A DNA stretch of 64,000 bases from Eledone cirrhosa (lineage: Eukaryota). Shown here one piece after another: positions 50,078-64,000 of the stretch. The position numbers were made by a program, and so were the translations under genes. The notes beneath the pieces were generated by a model. The model was not told the DNA's origin. It saw only the letters and a program-made list of their open reading frames with translations, and searched no databases. Numbering within the stretch: the first letter of the stretch is position 1; every line of letters begins with the position of its first letter. Location of the stretch: assembly GCA_964016885.1 (NCBI GenBank), contig CAXHJY010000719.1, positions 1-64,000 on the forward strand, in the 5' to 3' direction.

Positions 50078-50436
50078 TTGTAACTGTAGAAACAAAGGAA
50101 ATTGCTCATTAAAAGGAAATTGTCTTATTAATAACATAGTATATAAATGTAAAATTAACATTAAGGACTCAACATATTCATATATAGGTGCTACTTCTAA
50201 CCAATTTAAAGTAAGATTTTATACCCACAAACATAGTTTTAAAAATGCTGCATTAGCTAATACAACATCCTTGGCTGAAATAATTTATAATTATAGAAAA
50301 AAGAATATCGATTATAACCTGACCTGGAGTGTGCTCAAAAGGGCCACCCCTTATCAAAATAACAGCTATGAGTGTAGATTATGTTCCCAGGAACTTTTTG
50401 AAATAATGAAATCTAAGGATATCCTATTAAATAAGC
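50078..50436 (+). pseudogene. PLE GIY-YIG endonuclease fragment
   Basis: CNCRNKGNCSLKGNCLINNIVYKC..SYIGATSNQFKVRFYTHKHSF..W..CRLC..LLNK. Confidence 0.85.
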
Positions 50437-50439
50437 TGG

Positions 50440-52050
50440 CCTACCTGTCATGGAGCCCCGAGCATGCTCCTAGCTGCTGATACGGTCATACTCTCGGCTA
50501 CTGGGGTCCAACAGGCCGACCCTTTGGGACCCCTCCTGTTCGCCCTTGGTATTGACCACATCGCCCGAGTATCACGGACCTCTCAATGTTTGGTATCTGG
50601 ATGATGCTACGTTGGGTGGGCCCGTACGGACGGTTTGCCAAGACCTTCAATCGGTGATTCCTGCCCTGGCGGGAATCGGCCTCCAGGTCAACTCAGCTAA
50701 GTCGGAGGTGGTGAACGTCAGCCTCGATGCTGCGAGCTTTGCAGCCTCCGTCTTGGACGTGTGGTCCATTCTCCGCTAGGTTCAGGTGACTCCCAAAGAG
50801 GATGTCCTCATCCTCGGGTCACCGATCCACCCGCCAGCCATCCGCTCCACCATCAGGTCCAGGCTTCAACAGCTCCAGACTCTCACAAGCCGACTGGGCT
50901 TGATTGACGGCCACCCAGCTCTCTTTCTGCTGAGGAACTGCTTCGCCATGCCGAAGCTCCTCTATACACTCCGCAGCGCTCCATGCTACACCCAGACATC
51001 TCTCCTCGCTGACCTCGATACTTGTGTCCGAGCATCAGCCGAGGGGATATGCAATGTCAAGTTTGATGACATAGGGTGGCAACAGGCCACTTTATCGGTC
51101 AGGTATGGCGGCCTAGGCCTCCGATCCCTGATCTCACTAGCTTTGCTGGCGTATCTTTCGTTGGTAACCTCGTGCCGCGTCCTCGTCAGCAGGGTTCTTC
51201 AAAACACAACAGAACCCTGTGTTCAGAGAATGTGAGGCCGCCTGTGAGACGTGGGACCGGCTGGGACTTAGTCCAGTAGATGTCCCTCCTCCTTCTTCCT
51301 CTGTTGACGTCAAGTCCCGCCAACGCACTTGGGATGCCATCCAGTGCAACCTGGCCTCAGACAGGCTCACGTGCCAGCTCGACCAGCACCGCCTTGTTTG
51401 TTTTCATGCGGCCTCCAAACCCCACAGTGGTGCCTGGCTCCATGCTCTGCCCTCTTTCTCCACTGGCACGCAGCTAGACAACCATAGCCTGTGTATCGGC
51501 GTTTCCTTGAGGCTCGGCCTCCGGATCTGCCAGCCACACCAATGTCGGTGCGGTTCCACCGTGGACTCTTTCGGCCTCCACCCGCTTTCCTGTCGCCATA
51601 GTGCCGGCCGCATTCCACGCCATACTGCCCTCAACGAGGTCATTAAGCATGGCTTGGACACTGCAGGCTTCCCTTCCCAGCTCGAGCCGGTGGGCTGGAT
51701 CGAGGGGACAGCAAAAGGTTGGGATGCCACTTGCACCGACACTTTCTGCAGCCGCAACCTGGTGCAGTCAGCGACTGACCCAAGTTCTGCTCCTCAAATA
51801 CTGGGCGCTCTCCGACAGGTTTGCGGTCGTTCCCCTGGCAGTGGAAACTTCTGGTGTCCTCGGCCCCAGGGCTACCTCCTTACTTACCATCGTAGGCGCT
51901 GAGCTGGCCAGCCGCATGTGTGAGCCCCGCGAGTTGGAGTGGCTTTTCCAGCGCGTCTTCCTTGCTGTCCTCCGGGGAAACGCCTTCTCCATTCTGTCCG
52001 CCGGGGCTGTGGGTGGGCCCCATCGCGTACCAATACATTCTTTCATCATC
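50440..52050 (+). mobile_element. 5'-truncated CRE-clade (restriction-like endonuclease) non-LTR retrotransposon
   Basis: GVQQADPLGP, WYLDD, GGLGLRS, AWL, CRCG..H..SC..RH, WDATC, PLAVETSG and LFQR..LAVLRGNA; frameshifted; GC-rich. Confidence 0.85.
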
Positions 52051-52054
52051 ATCA

Positions 52055-52240
52055 CGGTGGATTGGCAGTATCGGTAGAGGGTCGGACGCCATGCTTTCCA
52101 GCATAGTTATGTCCCTTTACGATCTGAGTTCAAATCCCGCCGAGGTTGACTTTGCCTTTCATCCTTACGGGGTCGATAAAATAAAGTACCAGTAATGTAC
52201 TGGGTAATTGCTGGCCTTGTGCCTAACGTAGAAACAATTC
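52055..52240 (+). mobile_element. Octopod-type tRNA SINE (OK/OR-like)
   Basis: TGGCAGTATCGG A box, GAGTTCAAATCC B box, GACTTTGCCTTTCATCC..GGGGTCGATAAA..AGTACCAG core. Confidence 0.8.
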
Positions 52241-52558
52241 TTTCATCATCATCAACCGTTGTATTATTAAAGATGTATTACCTAAAAAAAATAAAAAAAA
52301 ATATTCAAAACTTAAGTCTGCATTCCTCTACCCCTAAATTAAATTTCTACTACTACTATTCTATCAACTTGACCACTTAATACTTTTCTATTGGTCAGTT
52401 AAAAACATGCTAACCATCGAAACAGACACATACACACAACACCTTCTACTTTAGAAAATAAAAATCCGAACTAAATAAACCTTAACATACATTTGCACTG
52501 ACAATACAACAGAACAAATACGAATAAGTAAGAAAAATATGTTCATTCAAAAATATTC

Positions 52559-52591
<33 letters not shown>

Positions 52592-52869
52592 ATATATATA
52601 TATTCTCTTCATCTTAACATGTTAATCATACTCCCACACACATAACACCCATACACACACATAACAACCCCCACACCCACACACACAACTCCCTCCCCTA
52701 CTAATAGAATTATTTTCCTACACACATATATATACACACACACACAAAATATATATTCTCTCCATCTTAACATACTCCCCCACACACACACATAACACCC
52801 ATATACACACACACACAACTCCCTCCCCCATTTCTACTAATAGAATCATCTTCCAATACACACACACAC

Positions 52870-53187
52870 ACACACACAAATAAACATACTTTCTTTACTT
52901 CAATAGAAAATCTGAATTCTGACACCCCAGCGAACTAACCATATTCACTGAACCAGAACAATTCTCCCATCCCATTTCTCTTGACCATTATCTTTTGCTT
53001 GTCAAAAAATTCTCTAAAAAGGCTACAGAATAGATTTCCAAATAAAGGCGCGGAAATTTAATGAAAACTTGTTCACGTGACAGCCATAATTTCATTTATA
53101 ACCAATCAAATTACATTTATTAAAAAAAAGCCTTCCTGAACCCCTTTTTTTTAAGTAAAAAGAAATTCAAACACGCACACACAACAC

Positions 53188-53238
<51 letters not shown>

Positions 53239-53552
53239 GCACACAAATAAACATACATCTCTTTACTTTCTTTATTCAATAGAAAATCTGAATTCTGACA
53301 CCCCAGCGAACTAACCATATTCACTGAACCAGAACAATTCTCCCATCCAATTTCTCTTGACCATTATCTTTTACTTGTCATAAAATTCTCTAAAAAGGCT
53401 ACAGAATGGATTTCCAAATAAGGGTGCGAAAATTTAATGAAAACTTGTTCACGTGACAGCCATAATTTCATTTATAACCAATCAAATTGCGTTTATTAAA
53501 AAAAAGCCTTCGTGAGCCCCCTTTTTTTTAAGTAAAAAGAAATTCAAACACT
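52870..53552. repeat. ~310-bp direct duplication separated by (CA)n
   Basis: 52870-53175 is nearly identical to 53240-53552. Confidence 0.85.
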
Positions 53553-53896
53553 GATATATGAAAGAACAACCTGTGACACCCCCCCCCCCTTGTTTTAAGA
53601 ACTTTGTAACGCGAACTGGCGCAAAATTTATAATTATTGACCAACCAATCAAATTACTTCTCGAAAAACCTGGCATTTTGAGCCACTTTTTCCATATAAA
53701 ACAAGTAACATTCAGAGACCAACCAGATGTGAGAAAAACCACAGACCCTCCATCTCAACTCTACTTTTGAAAAGCAGAAGAACAGCGAAACCGGTAAAGG
53801 AACCAAATAAATATATATATTTTTAAAAAAATAAGACTCCAGTTGCATTTTCGATTTCATCTTTTTTTCTTTATATATATATATATAGATATACAT

Positions 53897-53933
<37 letters not shown>

Positions 53934-56900
53934 AGGTTTAGCGTCCGTGTTCCACGCTTGCATGGGTTTGGACGGGGGTTTTCCTTGATGCGAGCAAGAC
54001 AACCACACTTGAGGCAAGAGTGGTTGTCTTGCTCGCATAGGACTGTCTGGCGGGTTTTCTACAGCTGGATGCCCTTCCTAACACCAACCACATTTACAGT
54101 GTGGGGCTGGGAGGTTTTTACCGTGTTGCCTACATGGCCACATTACAGCGTGGTCTGTCTGGCGGGTTTTCTACAGCTGGATGCCCTTCCTAACACCAAC
54201 CACATTTACAGTGTGGGGCTGGGAGGTTTTTACCGTGTTGCCTACATGGCCACATTACAGCGTGGTCTGTCTGGCGGGTTTTCTACAGCTGGATGCCCTT
54301 CCTAACACCAGCCACATTTACAGTGTGGGGCTGGGAGGTTTTTACCGTGTTGCCTACACGGCGACATTTACAGCGTGGACTGTGTGTTTTTTTGTCGTGA
54401 CACCTACATGATCTCATTTGTTTCGGCCTGGATGTTGTGGCACCAACATAACTTTACATTAAAAGGGGCGGTGGGGGTGGTGGGACGGGGGTGTGTTTTG
54501 ATAGAGATGCCTACTGACTCTAGTAGGTTTTTACTTTGTATTTAGGTAAGGCAGGTTATCTCTATTACTGAGTACCGCCAAAGGTCTCGGTCCAGTGACA
54601 TTGTCTTGGAGAGGTGTAAGCGTGTGAGGTCGGAATTTATCATGTCGTCCCAGGTTTTTCAGGGTCTGCCTACTCCGTGGCTACCGTCTATCTTTATTGC
54701 CCTGCACTTTGTTATACAGCTGTCGTCTTTCATGCGCATCACGTGACTGTACCAACGTAGCCTTCTCTCGAGTAAACAACATCTGATCCCTCTTATTTTT
54801 AATTTTTTCCTTAGTTCGTTTATGCTTTGCCGTTCACGTATATTACTATTGCACATCCAGCGGAGCATGCAAGCTTCATTCCTCTCTAGTCTGCGTATAT
54901 CCTCTGCACACAATGCCCAGGTCTCACTGCCATGCAACATTGCTGTTCGTATGCAGGCATCGTATAACCTGCCTTTCATTTTTAGTGAGAACCCTCTAGC
55001 GCCTAATAGTGGTATAAGCTCTCTGAACTTTTTCCATCCAGTTCTGACTCTAGCTACTGTACTTTCAGAGCACCCTCCCCCACTGCTGATTTTGTCACCC
55101 AGGTAACGGAAGCTGTCCACTATTTCTATAGAACCCTCTGTGCAATTGAAAGAGCTAGTATTTTGTGGGCACTTGCTGCTACTTATTGCACCAGAGCACC
55201 GGCCACATGTAAAATCTATGTTCTTAGTTAGCTTACCTGTGATCCCACTACATCTTTTATGCACCCATACTCTGCATTTGGGACATAAAATGGAGTTTCT
55301 AACTACGCCTTTCCTACACACTGAGCATGGCCATTTCCCGAAAGGGACCGCTGCCTTATTTTCTTTGCTACAAACTAGAACTTTAGTCTTAGCCAGGTTA
55401 ATTTTAAGGCCTTTTGATTCTAGGCCGTGCTTCCATGTTTGGCATTTCTTCTCTAGTTCGGTCATTGATTCAGCTATGAGCGTTAGATCATCTGTGTATA
55501 GGAGTTCCCATGGGCAGCCGGTCTTGAACTCCTCTGTTATAGCCTGAAGGGCAATAATAAATAGTAGGGGGCTAAGAACAGAGCCCTGATGGACACCAAC
55601 TTTTACGCTAAACTCTTCACTATATTCGTTGTTAATTCTAACCTTGTTGACTGTTTCTTTATACATGGCTTGTATAGCTCACACAAGCCATTCGTCAACA
55701 CCTAGTTTTCTAAGAGCCCACCAGATAATGGAACAGGGGACTCTGTCGAAGGCTAAGTATAGGGGTTTACTTTTAGCTAGGTACTTCTCCTGTAGTTGTC
55801 GTACAATGAAAAGAGCGTCTCTGGTACTTTTGCTTGACACAAACCCGAACTGCATTTCATCTAGATCAATTCTCTCTCTAATTAGTTGCGCTATTACTTT
55901 TTCCGTGACGTTCATGACCTGGTCGATTAATTTAATGCCTCTATAGTTACACCTATCTAGGGCATCTCCTTTACCCTTGTAACAGTTAATGATGATGCTG
56001 CTATGCCAGTCCTTCGGAACAACCCCATTCTGTATGACTTGGTTTACTATCCGGGTGACCATGGTGTGTCCCACCGTTCCAGAGGCTTTCAGCATCTCAG
56101 CAACTATTTCCGAAGGCCCAGCTGCCTTATCCGTCTTCATATCTTTGATTGCCTTACTTATTATACTACCCTCGACTAACACTGCTGGTCCCTCTATTGG
56201 GTCGATGTGGGCGAGACTGTCTTTCTCCCATTTGTCCTCCTCATTTAGAAGCCTTTCGTAGTGACACTGCCAAGCTACCTTCTTATCGGCGTCAGTGATG
56301 GCAAGTATGCCATCATCATTAAGTACACACTTCTCCCCGACAATATCACAGAACATGCTTGAGCTTTCTTTCCTCTGCTTCCCTTTTTGCGAAGTACACT
56401 TGTCTCCTAGCTTCCCTCCTGGCCACTTGATAGTCTTCTCTACTTCCCCCATCCCGCCATACTTTCCAAGCCTGCTTTTTGGCCTTAATTGACTCCTCCA
56501 CCTTACTGTTCCACCACCATGTTACTCTCCTCCTGCCTATAGGCCTGCTCCAGCCACAGACTTCGTCTGCCGCCGTCAGCAGGTTTGCTTTCAGGAATTC
56601 CCACTGTTCCTCTATATTATACGACTCTAATTGCTCTTCCTTACTGTCAAAAGCATCAAGTAATATGCTTTGAAATTTATTTCTAGCTATGGGGTCCTTT
56701 AGCTTTCATATTTTTCTCCTGAGGATAGTCCTCTTCCGCTGTCTAGTACGTCTTGTCCTGACTATGAGGTCGCTAATTATCAGTCTATGTTGGGAGGTGC
56801 ATTCTTCATGGGGGAGGGATTTAGTGTTAACAACAGACACTCTGTCACGTCTTCTGGTAAGGATATAATCTACCTGGCTTGTGTGTTCCCCCGATCTATA

Positions 56901-57196
56901 GGTGATCAAGTGATTGTCTCGTTTTTTGAAGTTAGTGTTACAGATAGTTAGGTTATTTGCGTCACAGAATTCCAGGATTCTGGAGCCTTCCTCATTTCTA
57001 GTACCGAACCCATAGCCTCCATGGATTCCGTCATAGCCGTCACAATGTTGTCCAACGTGACCATTTAGGTCGCCTGCAATAATTATATAGTCACTGTCGG
57101 TTATTTGGGAGGTAGCGAGCATCAGTGTCTCATAGAATCTGTCTTTTATAGCGCCAGGCAGTCCGGACTGGGGTGCGTACGCAGATATTACTGTCA
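53897..57196 (-). mobile_element. 5'-truncated RTE LINE family A with partial APE
   Basis: SAYAPQ, AGDLNGH and VDYIL (56706-57196); RT; three 112-bp 3'UTR units. Confidence 0.95.
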
Positions 57197-57202
57197 TATA
57201 TA

Positions 57203-57373
<171 letters not shown>

Positions 57374-57377
57374 GTAT

Positions 57378-57708
57378 GGAGGCACATGGCTTAGTGGTTA
57401 GAGCATTGGCCTTGCAATCGGAAGGTTGTGAGTTCAATTCTCAGACCGGGTGATGTGTTGTTTCCTTGTGCAAGACACTTTATTTCACATTGCTCCAGTT
57501 TACTCAGCTGTAGAAATGAGATGATAGGGACTGGGGTCCCTATCATTCCACTGCAAAGTGGTCGTGGAGGTGCCACGCAAAAAAAGCACCCAGCACTCAC
57601 TGTAAATGAGGTTGGTGTTAGGAAGGGCATCCAGCTGTAGAAATCAAGCCAGAATCAGATCCCGTCCCACCCTTGCAAGCAGGGAAAAAGCGGACGTAAA
57701 ATGAAATA
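57378..57708 (+). mobile_element. tRNA/RTE-tail SINE, copy 4
   Basis: Near-identical to the other copies. Confidence 0.9.
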
Positions 57709-57900
57709 ATTGTTTCTACTTTTGGCACAAGGCCAGAAATTATCCCAGTGTATTACTGGTACTTTATTTTATCGACCCCGTAGGGATGAAAGGCAAAGTT
57801 AACCTCGGCGGGATTTGAATTCAGACCATAAAGGGCCGTAACTCTTTGCTGCAAAGCACGGCGTCTGACCCTCTACCGATACTGCCAATACACCGCCCTT
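57709..57900 (-). mobile_element. Octopod-type tRNA SINE (OK/OR-like)
   Basis: Reverse-complement homolog of 52055-52240. Confidence 0.8.
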
Positions 57901-57925
57901 TGTAAAATGGAATAATGATGATGAA

Positions 57926-57997
<72 letters not shown>

Positions 57998-58016
57998 TGT
58001 ACATATATATATATAC

Positions 58017-61000
58017 ATCCAGCCACTCATCCATACAAATTTTTCGAAGGTATCTAGCTCTTATGATGCTATTATTATTATTAATATTATTGTTGCTGTA
58101 TTATATCGGCTATTTACCACGCGGTATTCTATTCTATCGGTTGGTTAGTTTGTTAGCCTTGACGGCGACCCCCCCATCTCTATCTCTCTCTATGATGGCT
58201 ACCCTATCTCTATCTATCTCTAAGCCACCCATTACCTCCCGTTCCCCTTTCGCCCATTCCACCTCACTCATCTTGAAGCTATTGAAGAGATAAGACACTC
58301 TATCCTATCGGCTAAAATGAATCACTAGAGTTGATGTGGATTCGTTCCAGCCACCCATCCATACAAATTTTTCGAAGGTATCTTAGCTCTTATGATGCTA
58401 TTATTATTATTAATATTATGGTGCTGTATTATTTCGACTATTTGCCACGCGTTATTCTATTCTATCGGTTAGTTAGTCTGTTAGCCTTGACGGCGACCCT
58501 CAGTGCCTACCTCACAATTTCCCTCCCACCCACCCCCTCACACCACCATAGCCTATTCGACCAAACCTCAGCATGCCATTTCTTCTGCTGCTACTACTAC
58601 TACTACTACTACTACCTAACTAACTCTCTCCTCCCTGTCCCAGCCCAACACACCCTGCCATTATCCCACCACCACTGTTCTTCTAGCCCTCAATTCTCCC
58701 ACCGTTATGGATGGATGAGCTGAGAATAAATTTGAGCAACTCTGAATCAATAGATGAAATATGAATCTGCGAGCTACCATGCACCCATGTGAAGCGCCAA
58801 CCCAGAGACCCTTCGCTACGAGTGTCGACAAATGCCCAAAACTCCGAGTTGGTACCATCAATGTAGGCTCAATGAAAGGAAGAGCAGGAGAAATCGTAGA
58901 AATGCTAGAGCGAAAGGAAATTGATGTATGCTGTGTGCAAGAGACTAGATGGAGAGGAGAGTCTGCCAGAGTCCTTGTAGGAAAAAGTCGGTGCTACAAA
59001 TTTTTCTGGGTGGGAAATGATGATGGGATGGGTGGTGTAGGTATACGACTAGCTGACAAGTGGGTAGATAAAGTAATCTCAGTGTACAGGGTAAATGCAA
59101 GAATCATTAAACTCAGACTAGTCCTGAATAAAACAATTACCACAATAATATCAGCTTACGCACCCCAATCGGGGCTGCCAGACGAACTTAAGGATAGGTT
59201 TTAAGAGTCCCTAATGCACACTACTGCTCTAACAGACGACAATGACTTCCTAATCATCGCAGGAGATTTTAACGGACACATAGGTAAACACTGCGACGGC
59301 TTCAATAGAGTACATGGAGGCCATGGGGTTGGCACAAGAAATGAGGAAGGATTCAGACTTCTAGAATTCTGCGTCGCCAATGACATGTCGATATGTAACA
59401 CAAACTTTAAAAAACCCGACAACCACCTGATCACCTATAGATCAGGGGAGCACTCCAGTCAGATAGATTTTATCCTCATCAGAGGACGTGACAGATGGAC
59501 GGTCGTAAACACAAAAGCCTTCCCTAGTGAGGAATGTACATCCCAACATAGCTTAGTTGTCAGCGACTCACGGTCAGAACTAGACGAACCTGGAAACAGA
59601 GGCCAACCTGGAGAAGAAAGATCTGGAAGCTGAAAGTCCCCTCAACCAGTAACAGATTTAAAGATATTTTACTCAACGCCTACGACAGTAAAGAAGAACA
59701 GATAGAGACATTCAATGTAGAAGAGAACTGGGAGTTCCTAAAAAATAATTTACTAGAGGCGACGGATGAGGTCTGTGGCTGGAGTAAGACCTCAAGCAGG
59801 AGGAGAGTGACTTGGTGGTGGAACAATAAGGTAGATGAAGCAGTTAAGGCCAAGAGACAGGCATGGAAAGAATGGAAGAACGGGGGGAGCAGGGTACATT
59901 ACATAGAGACCAAGAGGGAAGCTAGGCGACAAGTATACTTAGTTAGGAGGGAAGCAGAGGATAGAAAATTCAAGCATGTTTTGCAACGCGAGGACCAGAA
60001 ACAGGAGCTATTCAAGATTGCGAGGCAGTGTGTCAGAGATAGTTGTGATGTCATTGGAGAGAAGTGTATCCGGAATGATAAAGGTGAGCTTGCCCTCACA
60101 AGTGCTGAGAAGAAAGATGCATGGAAGAGTCATTATGATAGATTACTAAATGAGGAGAATGCATGGGAAGAAGAGACCCTACCCCAAGTAGACCCTATAG
60201 AGGGGCCAGCAGTACAAGTCAGCAGCAACGTAGTAAGTAAGGCAATCAAATATATAGAGATGTGGAAGGCAACCGGTCCATCGGGTATAGCTGCCAAGAT
60301 GCTGAAGGCATCTGGGTCTGTAGGTCACACTATAACCACACGTATTGTTAACCAGGTAATACTAGAAGGTGTCATACCAAAAGATTGGTGCAGTAGCATC
60401 ATTGTCAACTGCTACAAAGGTAAAGGCGATGCACTAGATAGAGGAAACTATAGAGGTATAAAGTTGATGGACCAGGTCATGAAAGTAACAGAAAGAGTTA
60501 TAGCACAGCTGATTAGGGACCGGGTGAAAATAGACGAGATGCAATTTGGGTTTGTACTAGGAAGAGGCACCACTGATGCCCTCTTCCTTGTGAGGCAGTT
60601 ACAGGAAAAGTACCTAGCTAAAAGTAAGCCACTCTACTTGGCATTTGTCGACCTTGAGAAAGCCTTTGACAGAGTTCCACGTGCTGTAATCTGGTGGGCT
60701 CTTAGAAAACTAGGAGTAGATGAATGGCTTGTGAAAGCGGTACAAGCCATGTATAGGGGAGCAGTCAGCAAAGTTAGGATTAGCAATGAGGATAGCGAGG
60801 AATTTAGTGTACAGGTTGGGGTCCACCAGGGCTCTGTTCTTAGCCCCTCCATGTTCATCATAGTCCTGCAGGCAATAACGGAGGAGTTTAAGACCGGATG
60901 CCCATTGGAACTCCTGTATGCTGATGACCTCGCACTCATAGCTGAATCTATGGGAGAACTAGAGAATAAATTCCAAACTTGGAAGCAGGGACTAGAAAGA

Positions 61001-62180
61001 AAGGGTCTCAAAGTCAACATGACAAAGACTAAGGTCCTTGTAAGTAGACGAGAAAACAGAACCCAGATCCCCTCGGGGAAATGGCCTTGCTCAGTATGTA
61101 GGAAAGGTGTAGGTAGGAACTCCATTCTCTGCCCCAAATGCAAACAATGGGTACACAAGAGATGTAGCGGGATCTCAAGAAGCTTAATTAAGAATGTAGG
61201 CTTCACATGCAGCAGCTGTGCTCGGACAGCAAGCAGCAAACAACCACAGGAAACAAGTACCACCAATCTCTGGGAGGGCTCTGTAGATACAGTAGACAGC
61301 TTCTGCTACCTAGGTGACCGAATTAGCAACGGAGGTGGGTGTTCAGAAAGTACAATAACTAGGGTAAGAATGGGATGGAAGAAGTTTAGGGAACTACTAC
61401 CACTGCTAGCTGCAAAAGGCTTCTCCCTCAGAATGAAAGGCAGACTGTATGATGCGTGTATCCGAACAGCAATGTTGCATGGTAGTGAGACCTGGGTCCT
61501 GAAGGTGGAAGACTTACGTAGATTAGAGAGAAACGAAGCCTGCATGCTCCGATGGATGTGTAACAGTAATATACGTGAACGACAAAGCATAAACGAATTG
61601 AGAGAGAGACTGAGCATAAGAGGAATCAAATGCTGTGTGCAGGAGAGGCGGTTGCGCTGGTATGGAAATGTGATGCGTATGAAGGATGACAGCTGCATAA
61701 AAAGGTGCAGAGCACTAGAAGTCGATGGAAAGCGCGGAGCGGGGAGACCCAAGATGACCTGGGATGAGGTGATAAAAGCCGACCTTACCCAATTACACCT
61801 CTCAAAGGCAATAACACACGACCGTGACCTTTGGCGTCACACAGTAATACAGAGTACCCGACCTCCCATGGGTACAAGCTGAAGCATATAGGCAATATGC
61901 CCCCACACCCCCCACCGCAAGGTGGTCGTGGAGGTGCCACGGCAAAAAAGCACCCAGCCGACAGTGTAAAGTGGACGTGTAAGCGCCACGATAAAGCACC
62001 CAGCACTCACTGTAAATGAAGTTGGTGTTAGGAAGGGCATCCAGCTGTAGAAATCAAGCCAAATCAGTTCCTGTATGAGCAAGGCATGGTCAACCGACCA
62101 GTTACTGCCCACAACAGGACAATCCGTCTAAACCATGCTAGCGTGGAAGAACAGACGTAAAATGGTGATGATGATGATGA
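58017..62180 (+). mobile_element. Full-length RTE LINE family B (5'UTR, single ORF 58761-61882 with one stop and one frameshift, 3'UTR, (ATG)n tail)
   Basis: APE, RT, PHD-like finger and C-terminal RRLRWYG. The first ~155 bp of the 5'UTR is duplicated (58017-58172 and 58345-58500). Confidence 0.95.
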
Positions 62181-62211
62181 TACACATATGTATATATATA
62201 TATATATATAC

Positions 62212-63626
<1,415 letters not shown>

Positions 63627-63680
63627 AATAACTTGTGTGTTACACCTCTATTCTTTTAACTATATATATATATATATATA

Positions 63681-64000
63681 TTTCGTTTCTGAATTTGTTT
63701 AGCAAGATTCTTTATCTGAAATCGTGTGTTGAAACCGATATTGTTATACTTTGGGAGGGTCATGTTGCCAATAAGAAACACACGCACCAGTTGCTTTCAC
63801 TTCAATTTATTATATATTTATAAATTTATAAATTTACAAATTTACAAACTTCTGGTTGGTTGGTTGGTTCCACAACCAGATAGTTGTTTATATATAGTCA
63901 TAGTCCTTTCGTCACACACTCTGTGACCTCTTCAGTGACTGGGGATTCCTTTCCTTTGTTTCTGTGCCTTTCCTTTCTTCTATCCTACGCCATTTTGTTT
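63681..64000 (-). mobile_element. pLTR plus tail of the 31105-family PLE, cut by window end
   Basis: Matches 37221-37390 and 31105-31355; hammerhead motif at 63896-63940. Confidence 0.8.

Noticed and set aside
58240-58345. HDV-like ribozyme in the RTE 5'UTR
   Set aside because: A GGCTAA motif is present, but I could not assign the P1-P3 nested pseudoknot.

Overview
This is AT-rich eukaryotic DNA; the SINE families suggest an octopod cephalopod (inference). The only host coding sequence I can support is the first coding exon of a TMEM184C-like gene (16890-17140). No second exon is visible, so the remaining ~47 kb looks like one giant intron. The rest is kilobase-scale interrupted (TA)n arrays packed with transposons: three RTE LINE families carrying a PHD-like finger inside ORF2, a non-autonomous RTE, two tRNA-derived SINE families, two CsRN1-like Ty3/Gypsy elements, CR1, CRE and Vingi-like fragments, a Helitron relic and Penelope-like element (PLE) remnants. 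Main highlights: (1) about a dozen type I hammerhead-ribozyme-like motifs from roughly six families, four pairs of them in head-to-head inverted repeats within (TA)n; (2) a Merlin-like MITE just upstream of the gene with a replication-dependent histone mRNA-type stem-loop in each arm; (3) a Gypsy insertion with two outward-facing LTR 5' (U3) ends and one 4-bp TSD, splitting a Helitron ORF; (4) an extended tRNA-Trp-like primer-binding region; (5) a SINE whose tail is stitched from two different LINE families. The long Y/I-repeat ORFs are microsatellite artefacts. All calls were made by eye, with no searches run.
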